The translations under genes were made by a program, and so were the position numbers. A stretch of DNA of 64,000 nt, taken from the NCBI GenBank assembly GCA_038250905.1, contig JBBSBV010000004.1:66588-130587 (forward strand). Reading direction: 5' to 3'. The stretch comes from Acidimicrobiia bacterium. GTDB taxonomy: Bacteria > Actinomycetota > Acidimicrobiia > IMCC26256 > JAENVU01. Of the stretch, positions 37,376 to 44,060 are shown piece by piece. The notes beneath the pieces were generated by a model, which was given only the letters and a program-made list of their open reading frames with translations, did no database searches and was not told where the DNA came from. The stretch's first letter is position 1; each line of letters begins with the position of its first letter.

Positions 37376-38620
37376 TCAGACCGAGATCGCGCGCGGGGTG
37401 GCGGCGACGCGATGGTGGAGCCCACGAAGCGCGAGCCCACCCGCGACGATGGCGGTCACGCCGCCGACGACGAGGCCGGAGCGGGGCCCGAAGACCTGCG
37501 ACACCGCACCGATGATCGGCGCGCCGATCGGCGTGGAGCCGAGGAACGCCACCGCGAACAGGGCCGCGACCCGACCGCGGTACGCGGGCTCGGCGCGGCT
37601 CTGGGCGAGGGCACCGGCCGCGGACAGGAATCCGATCGAGGAGGCGCCCATCGGGACGAGCACGATCGCGAACACCACGATCGACGGCGTCGCCGCCGCG
37701 GTCATCATGCACACGCCCAGGATGAGGGCGGCGACGATCACGAATCGGGTGGTGACCCGCTCGCGGTGCGCGACGTACAAGGAGGCGACGACTGCACCGA
37801 CGCTCATGAGGGCGAGGAGGCTTGCGAACGTGCTCGCACCGCCGTGGAACGCCTTGCGGGCCATCAGCGAGACCGTCACCTGGAAGTTGAACGACAGGGT
37901 GCCGATGATCGCGGTCAGCAACAGCGTGGTCCGCAACGCCTGGTGGCCCCATACGTACCGCAGGCCGTCGACGAGTTGGCCCCGCTGGCGGGGGACCGGT
38001 GTCACCTGGTTGACGGTGAGCAGGTCCATCGTCATGAGTGCGGCGATCACCGCAACGAACGACAACGCGTTGGCGACGAAGCACCAACCGATGCCGGCGG
38101 TGGCGATCAGGACCGCGGCGATGGTCGGCCCGATGACCCGCGCCGCCGTGAAGACCGAACTGTTCAGGCTCACGGCGTTGGCGGCGTGGTGGTCGGGGAC
38201 GAGTTCGGTGACGAAGGAGCGGCGGGCCGGACTGTCGAGCGCGGTGGCGATGCCGAAGCTCGCCGCGAGGGCGTAGACCATCCAGAGCTGGATGGATCCG
38301 GTCAGCACCAGCGCGCCCATGATGGCGGCACAGACAGCGGCGCCGGCCGACGTGGCGATCAGGAGCCGGCGCTTGTCGACGCGGTCGGCGAGCACCCCCG
38401 CCCACGCCCCGCCCAACATCACGGGAAAGAATTGCAGCGCGACGACCGTCCCGACGGCCAGACCGTTGCCGTGGGTCATGAGTACGACCAGCCACGTGAG
38501 CGCGGTCTGCTGGACCCAGGTGCCACTTGCGGAGACGAGTTGCCCGACGAGGTACTTGCGGTAGTTCGGTGTCTCGAGCGATCGGAAGGTCTGGCGTCCG
38601 GCGCGACGGATCCGGTTCAT
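37376..38620 (-). CDS. MFS transporter.
   Basis: Twelve TM helices with MFS motif A-like loops, 414 aa. Confidence 0.85.
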   Translation of the reverse strand: MNRIRRAGRQTFRSLETPNYRKYLVGQLVSASGTWVQQTALTWLVVLMTHGNGLAVGTVVALQFFPVMLGGAWAGVLADRVDKRRLLIATSAGAAVCAAIMGALVLTGSIQLWMVYALAASFGIATALDSPARRSFVTELVPDHHAANAVSLNSSVFTAARVIGPTIAAVLIATAGIGWCFVANALSFVAVIAALMTMDLLTVNQVTPVPRQRGQLVDGLRYVWGHQALRTTLLLTAIIGTLSFNFQVTVSLMARKAFHGGASTFASLLALMSVGAVVASLYVAHRERVTTRFVIVAALILGVCMMTAAATPSIVVFAIVLVPMGASSIGFLSAAGALAQSRAEPAYRGRVAALFAVAFLGSTPIGAPIIGAVSQVFGPRSGLVVGGVTAIVAGGLALRGLHHRVAATPRAISV

Positions 38621-39099
38621 GCCCGACCTTCGCGGCGGGTTCCCGGCTCGTGCTGGGCGAGGCGCTCCATGATCGCCGCGGCGCGGGCGAGCACCGTGCG
38701 GTCGGCGTCGCTGAGTTCCCGGAGCCGACGGTCGAGGAACGCGTTCTTGCGGCTCCGGTGCTGGGCCAGGAGCTTGGCGCCGACCGGCGTCACCGCCACC
38801 CGGTGGATCCGGCGGTCTTCGGGATCGATGGTGCGGGTGACGAGTCCGGCGGCCTCGAGCTTGGCGGTGAGCGCGGTCACGGTCGGAGGTTGGATCTGCT
38901 CCACGCGCGCGAGCGCGCCGAGTGTCATCGGCCCGTCCTGTTCGATCGTCGCGAGGGTCGAGAGCTGCGAGATGGTCAGGCCCGAGTCGGCGCTCTGCCG
39001 CAGTCGGCGGTGCAGGCGCGCCACGGCGAGCCGGAGACGGCTGGCCAGTTCCTGGTCGTGGGCGCGGGCCGGGGTGGGAGAAGTGGATTTGGTCGGCAT
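38617..39099 (-). CDS. MarR family transcriptional regulator.
   Basis: Winged HTH (LTISQLSTLATIEQDGPMTLGALA...). ATGA overlap with the downstream MFS gene. Confidence 0.85.
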   Translation of the reverse strand: MPTKSTSPTPARAHDQELASRLRLAVARLHRRLRQSADSGLTISQLSTLATIEQDGPMTLGALARVEQIQPPTVTALTAKLEAAGLVTRTIDPEDRRIHRVAVTPVGAKLLAQHRSRKNAFLDRRLRELSDADRTVLARAAAIMERLAQHEPGTRREGRA

Positions 39100-39132
39100 A
39101 GTTCGTCCAACAAATTAGCCTGACGAACTATT
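39097..39132. promoter_or_regulatory. Perfect 10-bp inverted repeat ATAGTTCGTC-N14-GACGAACTAT, overlapping the MarR start codon and 5' region; candidate MarR autoregulatory operator.
   Basis: Read from the sequence; AT-rich spacer, no U-tract, so it looks more like an operator than a terminator. Confidence 0.4.
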
Positions 39133-39173
39133 TCCGCGCCAGTGAGTTTTCCGGTCACGTGCAACGGGAGGTG

Positions 39174-40085
39174 TCAGCGCGGGGTGAACATGGGGTGGGC
39201 CGGTCCGGTGCCGAGATAGTCCTCGAGCCGACCGATCTTGTACCCCTGGGCCCGGGCCCGGGCGAAGACCAGCTGCAGGTTCTCCAGCAGGTCCGTGCGG
39301 AAGTGCATGAGCAGGATGTCGCCCGGGTGGAAGTCGGGACCGCCGATGAGGTCGAGTCGGCCGTCGTTGGTGGCACCCCGCCAGAGGATGAGGGCGCGCA
39401 GGCCGCAGCTGTGCACCGCCGAGCGCGTGGTCTCGTTCCATTCCCCGTACGGTGGGCGGAAGAGTGTGGGTCGGGATCCGTACCACGACTGCAGGTCGCC
39501 CAGGTCACCGCAGATCTCGTGGGCCTGGTCGCTCCAACCCAGCGTCTTCAGCTGCGGGTGGTGGATCGTGTGCGCCTGGATCGTCGCCCCCGCTTGCTGC
39601 AGTGCGCGGAAGTACTCCTGGCCGTCGAGGGCGGGTTGGCGCACGAGGAAGAGCGTGACCGGCACCCGTTCCTGGCGGAGCAACGCCAGCACGCCGGGAT
39701 CGCGGACGAGGCCGTCGTCGATGCCGAGGAAGATCACCTTGTCGGTCGTGGGCACCCGGTCGATCTCGGGCGTGGTCTCCGAGAAGGTCACCGGCGTCGC
39801 GGGCGAGGGTTGCGCGAGCGGCCCGGGTCGGAGGGTGGCCGGACCGGGCGCAGTGGTGGTGGTGGTCGTCGTCGTGGTCGTCGTCGTCGTGGACGGGGTG
39901 GTCGTCGACGGGAGGGTGGAGATCGACACCTGGTGGGCCACCGGCGACACGAGTCGGGCGCCCAGGACCTCGGTGTCGTTGTGGGAACCGGCTTGCGCGT
40001 CGGTCGGGATCGCGCTGGCGATGCCGACCGAGCCGACGATGAGCGCGATCGCGGCGAACAGGGTGATCCAGAGGCGAGAAGGCAT
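39174..40085 (-). CDS. Secreted polysaccharide deacetylase (NodB homology domain) with a poly-Thr linker.
   Basis: Signal peptide, a run of about 17 Thr, and NodB motifs (FLGIDDG, HTIHHP). Confidence 0.85.
   Translation of the reverse strand: MPSRLWITLFAAIALIVGSVGIASAIPTDAQAGSHNDTEVLGARLVSPVAHQVSISTLPSTTTPSTTTTTTTTTTTTTAPGPATLRPGPLAQPSPATPVTFSETTPEIDRVPTTDKVIFLGIDDGLVRDPGVLALLRQERVPVTLFLVRQPALDGQEYFRALQQAGATIQAHTIHHPQLKTLGWSDQAHEICGDLGDLQSWYGSRPTLFRPPYGEWNETTRSAVHSCGLRALILWRGATNDGRLDLIGGPDFHPGDILLMHFRTDLLENLQLVFARARAQGYKIGRLEDYLGTGPAHPMFTPR
39850..39900 (-). repeat. Low-complexity ACC/ACG codon run encoding the poly-Thr linker of the polysaccharide deacetylase.
   Basis: Plus strand shows (GTC/GTG)n triplets; the protein has a T17 run. 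Confidence 0.6.
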
Positions 40086-40171
40086 ACGGGGAGGGTGCCG
40101 GTGGCGGCCTACGAAGTGTACGAAGCGGACGGACCCGTGCGACAGTCGGGTGGCCGAGGAATGGCCGAAGC

Positions 40172-40975
40172 GTGACAGCCGCCCACGGGGCGTGGCACGC
40201 TCGCCGCATGGCCGAACCCGTCCCCGACATGCGCGAGTGGGGCCTGCCCGGAGCCGGGGAGTTCGACCGCGTGGTGATCGTCTCGCCCCATCTCGACGAC
40301 GCGGTGCTCGGCTGTGGCCGGTTCATGGCGCTCCATCCGGGGGTCACGGTCGTGACGCTCTACGCCGGTCGTCCCGCCGCCTACCCGGAACCCATGACCC
40401 ACTGGGACACGGTCAGCGGCTTTTCGACCGGCGACGACGTACTGGCCGTCCGTCGGGGGGAGGACGCGGCCGCGCTCGCCGTGGTCGGGGCCCGTCCCGT
40501 GTGGCTCGACGTCGTGGAGCACCAGTACCTGGACCGGGCCCACTGGGTGGGGCCCGACCGGACCGCCCAGCCGTTGGAGGCGGCCCTCCGGGCGCTCGAT
40601 CCGACGGCGGTGTTCCTACCGTTCGGGCTCGCCAATCCCGACCACGGCGCGACCCATGACGCGGGGATGGCAGTGCGCGACCGGTATCCCGACCCGGTGT
40701 GGTTCTGTTACGAGGACTCGGGCTACAAGCACATCCCGGGCCTGCTCGCCTGGCGGGTCAGCGCGCTGTTCCGCCGCAACGTGTGGCCGACCCCGGTCGC
40801 GATCGACACCGAGGGCGGTGACGGCGCGAAGCGCCGCGCGCTCGCCTGCTATCGCTCGCAGATGCGCGCGCTCGAAGCGGACTGGCAGATCGGACCCAAA
40901 CTGGGCGCGCCGGAGCAGCTGTGGCGCCTCGCACCGCCGCCCGAGGGGTGGGAAGGGCTCTCCGCGACGACGTGA
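40172..40975 (+). CDS. PIG-L / LmbE family N-acetylglucosaminyl deacetylase.
   Basis: SPHLDDAVLGCG motif is diagnostic for PIG-L. The true start may be MAEPVPD at 40208. Confidence 0.85.
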   Translation: MTAAHGAWHARRMAEPVPDMREWGLPGAGEFDRVVIVSPHLDDAVLGCGRFMALHPGVTVVTLYAGRPAAYPEPMTHWDTVSGFSTGDDVLAVRRGEDAAALAVVGARPVWLDVVEHQYLDRAHWVGPDRTAQPLEAALRALDPTAVFLPFGLANPDHGATHDAGMAVRDRYPDPVWFCYEDSGYKHIPGLLAWRVSALFRRNVWPTPVAIDTEGGDGAKRRALACYRSQMRALEADWQIGPKLGAPEQLWRLAPPPEGWEGLSATT

Positions 40976-40995
40976 CAACGGGCGCGTTCGCGCCT

Positions 40996-41018
40996 AGATT
41001 GCACAGGTCGTGCAATCT
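40996..41018. promoter_or_regulatory. Perfect 9-5-9 palindrome AGATTGCAC-AGGTC-GTGCAATCT about 20 nt upstream of the secreted-protein gene start; candidate operator (site 1).
   Basis: Read from the sequence; shares the 15-mer TTGCACAGGTCGTGC with the site at 51254. Confidence 0.5.
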
Positions 41019-41036
41019 TTCTTGGGGGGAAACACC

Positions 41037-41984
41037 ATGGCGTCTCGGCCTACTCGTCAACGCTGGATGCGTGCGCTCGCGGGCGTCGCCATCGCCTCGG
41101 TCGTGGCGCTCGCCGCCGTGCCGGCCTTCGCGCACGACAGCAGTTCGAAGAGCAAGAAGTCGTCGAAGTGCCAGGAGATGTCCGGCATGGACATGTGCGG
41201 CAACGGCGTGTACCACGGCAAGGCCTCGAACACCCTGAAGCCGGGCACGATGCACACGATCGACGGTGCGCTCACCGGCGACTCGCCGTGTGAGAAGTCG
41301 GGTCCGCCGGCGTCGGTGGGTCAGGTCAAGAAGGACGCGGAGGGTCACGACCACCGCGGCCCGCTCTACCAGTACCCGGTCTCCAAGGCCGACCGCGAGA
41401 CCTTGATCCAGCAGCAGACCCAGGCGCGGGCCGTGGCGGACAAGTACCCGACCGTCGCGTCGGCCGAGGCCGCGGGCTACCGCAAGTCGACGGTGTACGT
41501 GCCGTGTATCGGCGCCCACTACACGAACACCAGCCTGGTCGGGAAGTTCGACCCGTCGGCCCCGTCCGAGTTGCTGTTCGACGGTGACACGCCCGACGCC
41601 AAGATCGTGGGCCTGAGCTTCCTGCTCCTGCACCCGGGCGGCCCACCCGAGGGCTTCGCCGGACCGAACGACATGTGGCACCAGCACAACGCCAACGGCG
41701 GACTCTGCCTCAACGCGTCCGGCGTGGTCATCGGCGCGGAGTCGACCAGCACGAAGGACTGCACCGCTCGCGGTGGCAAGAAGGCCGCTCTGGCCGACAT
41801 CTGGATGGTGCACGACTGGGTCGTGCCGGGCTGGGAATGCAGCTGGGGCGTCTTCGCCGGCGAGTGCCCGGAACTCGGTGGTCGGATCGGCGGCACCGCG
41901 TTCGACAAGCCGGACCCGAAGGCGACCAAGCAGGCGCTCGCCGGCAAGGCCAAGAGCACCAAGTCCAAGGCCAAGTCGAGCTGA
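41037..41984 (+). CDS. Secreted hypothetical protein (His/Cys-containing, Lys-rich tail).
   Basis: GGGGGG RBS, ATG, and a signal peptide (MRALAGVAIASVVALAAVPAFA). No recognised family. Confidence 0.55.
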   Translation: MASRPTRQRWMRALAGVAIASVVALAAVPAFAHDSSSKSKKSSKCQEMSGMDMCGNGVYHGKASNTLKPGTMHTIDGALTGDSPCEKSGPPASVGQVKKDAEGHDHRGPLYQYPVSKADRETLIQQQTQARAVADKYPTVASAEAAGYRKSTVYVPCIGAHYTNTSLVGKFDPSAPSELLFDGDTPDAKIVGLSFLLLHPGGPPEGFAGPNDMWHQHNANGGLCLNASGVVIGAESTSTKDCTARGGKKAALADIWMVHDWVVPGWECSWGVFAGECPELGGRIGGTAFDKPDPKATKQALAGKAKSTKSKAKSS

Positions 41985-42053
41985 CGCACCGCCGGAGTTC
42001 CTCCGGCCCGCATTCGCGGAGGGCGCCTTCGCCGCGTCAGGATCGCGGTCGGG
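41985..42053. repeat. Degenerate relative of the REP-like family plus a terminator-like hairpin; convergent gap between the secreted-protein gene and the alpha/beta hydrolase.
   Basis: GCGGAGGGCGCCTTCGCCGCGTCAGG resembles copy C's GCGGAGCGAGCCTCGCGTCAGG. The hairpin GCCGGAG-TTC-CTCCGGC is at 41991-42007. Confidence 0.3.
41991..42007. terminator. Hairpin GCCGGAG-TTC-CTCCGGC between convergent genes; candidate bidirectional terminator.
   Basis: A 7-bp perfect stem 7 nt after the + strand stop and about 46 nt after the minus-strand stop. Confidence 0.3.
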
Positions 42054-42782
42054 TCAGGCCCACAACCGGACGAGGGCGGCGGCCGACTCGGTCGCGTGCT
42101 CACGCGGCCACCAGTGGCCGCAGCCGGGGTAGGTGATCAGGTCCGCGCCGAGCCGGGCGGCCATACGTTCGGCGATGGCGACGGGAACGTAGGGGTCGTC
42201 GCCACCGTGGAAGGCGAGCGTGCGCAGGGTCGGCATCGCATCGACGGCCGGCTGCCACTCGGCGCCGACGGTCACCGCCGATCGGTACAGGGCCAGGATG
42301 CAGTCGGTCATCCGTTCGTCGAGGTGCGCGGCCTGGTCGGCGGCGAGGTCCGGTGGCGCGCCGCCACCCACGAATCCGGCGATGCGATCCTCGACTGGCA
42401 GCGCGAGGAGTCCGGCCATCACCTGTTCGCCGACGGCGGGCGTCTGCCAGAGCTGCGCCATCGGGTGCCACTCGTAGGTCGCGTCGAGCGGACCACCCCC
42501 GCACGCGAGCGTCCGGACCAGGTCGGGGCGGGTGGACGCCACCCGCTGGGCGAGGATGGCACCCCAGTCGTGAGCGACGAGGTCGACCGGTCGGCCGAGC
42601 GCCTCGATCTCGGACCCGAGCCAGGCCGCGTACGCCTCCTTGGTGGCGTCCCAGCCGTCCGGCGTCGGCGTGGCGAATCCGGGAAGCCCGACCGCCACCA
42701 CGTCGGTCCGGCCGAGCGCGGCGATCAACGGATCCCACATCGTCGCGGTGTCGGGGACACCGTGGACGAAGACCGCCGGCAT
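42054..42782 (-). CDS. Alpha/beta hydrolase.
   Basis: HDWG nucleophile-elbow variant and a C-terminal His (GCGHWWP), 242 aa. Confidence 0.8.
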   Translation of the reverse strand: MPAVFVHGVPDTATMWDPLIAALGRTDVVAVGLPGFATPTPDGWDATKEAYAAWLGSEIEALGRPVDLVAHDWGAILAQRVASTRPDLVRTLACGGGPLDATYEWHPMAQLWQTPAVGEQVMAGLLALPVEDRIAGFVGGGAPPDLAADQAAHLDERMTDCILALYRSAVTVGAEWQPAVDAMPTLRTLAFHGGDDPYVPVAIAERMAARLGADLITYPGCGHWWPREHATESAAALVRLWA

Positions 42783-42822
42783 CAGAAGACCCGCATCAGA
42801 AGACCCGCATCAGAAGAGCGGC
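42781..42822. repeat. Three tandem copies of a 14-nt unit (CATCAGAAGACCCG) at the junction between the 42810 and 42054 minus-strand genes.
   Basis: The minus strand reads TTCTGATGCGGGTC three times: a stop, then two MRVF* mini-ORFs, then the real ATG. Confidence 0.7.
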
Positions 42823-43523
42823 GACCAGGCGACGGTCCGGAGCATGCGGCTCTCCCAGTCGTCGCGCACCCGCAGCGCGTCGTGCATCCAGGTACCCGGG
42901 GCGCGGTGTTCCTCGGGTACCTCGGAGGTGAGCAGTCCGAGGAGGCCGGAGGGCCGCGTGACCTTCTGCCACAGGATCACCTCTCGGTGCTTCGCGGCGG
43001 CACCCCACGCGGGAGTGAACACCGATTGGAGCTCGAGCAGTGACCGGCCACCGTGTCGGCCCTCGGCGAGGCTCGGCGCGTAGTTGTCACGCGCCGCCTC
43101 CAGATACTCGTCGAGCATGCCGGCGTGGGGCCAGGCGGTGTCCTCCATGAACAGCGTGAGGTCGTGGTCGCCGCCGTCGGTCGGGACGTGCGCGAAGTCG
43201 ACCGTCTGGAGCGGTGACCATTCGGCGGGGACGAGGACCTTGCTGGTGACGTCCCATCGCGTCTGGTCGAACTCGCGGGCGAGCGGACGGAGGTCGCCGC
43301 GTTGGAGCCGCCAGACGAGGTTCTCCCATGCCTGCCCGTCCTCGACCGCGGTCAGCGTCACGAAGTTGTACGCCCGCCCGGTGCCGTGGGCGAGGCGCAG
43401 GAAGTAGAGGAGACGAGCCTCGTCGGTGGCGGCGAGCGTGGGCATCCACTCGTCGCGGAAGCGCGCCTCGAACTCGTCCTCGTGTGCGCCCATGACGCGG
43501 TGGACCTCATGGATGAACAGCAT
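42810..43523 (-). CDS. Hypothetical protein, NIPSNAP/Dabb-like duplicated fold (tentative).
   Basis: Good codon bias, 237 aa, two similar halves. The family assignment is tentative. Confidence 0.5.
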   Translation of the reverse strand: MLFIHEVHRVMGAHEDEFEARFRDEWMPTLAATDEARLLYFLRLAHGTGRAYNFVTLTAVEDGQAWENLVWRLQRGDLRPLAREFDQTRWDVTSKVLVPAEWSPLQTVDFAHVPTDGGDHDLTLFMEDTAWPHAGMLDEYLEAARDNYAPSLAEGRHGGRSLLELQSVFTPAWGAAAKHREVILWQKVTRPSGLLGLLTSEVPEEHRAPGTWMHDALRVRDDWESRMLRTVAWSPLF

Positions 43524-43532
43524 GGGCGGACG

Positions 43533-44060
43533 CTACCGCTCGTCGGCCCGTGCCGTGATCGCGACGACGATCGCGTCGAACGCGGCGTCGGCGAGGTCAC
43601 GCAGTTCGTCGTCGCTTCGGTCCTGGATGGGGTGCGGGACGAACAACGCGGCCGGATCGGCGCCCAACGCGCGGGACTGCGCAGCCGCGGCGTCGACGAA
43701 CTCGGTCGACGCGAGGAACACCCCGGGCGTTCCCGCGGCTTCGAGGTTCACGATGTCGTGCACACTGCACGACGTGCACGACCCTCAATCGGCGAGGGCC
43801 TCGATCACCACATCACACGTGGTCGAGATCTCGTGCCGCAGGTCGATCGGAGCGGGCTTGGTGAACGTGGGTTTGGCGAACCGCGCGACGGTGTGGCCGC
43901 GTGCAACGAGGCGCTCCGCGATCCGGTCGAGGAACACGTCACCGCGGGCCTTGCTGATGTCGAGGAGGCCGATGGTGAGTCCGTCCAACGACGCGGGTCG
44001 GCGCGCCCGCTCCCGGGTCCCCGGCGCTTGTTCACTGGTGGGATCGAGCAACGTGGTCAT
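43533..44060 (-). CDS. Candidate UGSC-type selenoprotein: one 175-codon frame with a single in-frame TGA (plus 43785-43787) inside a U-G-S-C motif.
   Basis: ORF-track entries 43785..44060 and 43533..43763 are in the same frame and separated only by TGA. Reading through gives ...EALAD-U-GSC-TSCS-VHDIV..., and codon bias continues across the junction. Confidence 0.55.
43753..43784 (-). other. SECIS-like hairpin starting 4 nt downstream of the in-frame UGA.
   Basis: The mRNA reads UGA GGG UCGUGCAC GUCGUGCAGU GUGCACGA: an 8-bp perfect stem with a 10-nt loop. Confidence 0.35.

Noticed and set aside
34962-38276. 1104-aa + strand ORF.
   Set aside because: Antisense to four well-supported minus-strand genes (DUF4405-like, acyl-CoA synthetase, DUF167, MFS), with R/G/A-rich low-complexity composition.
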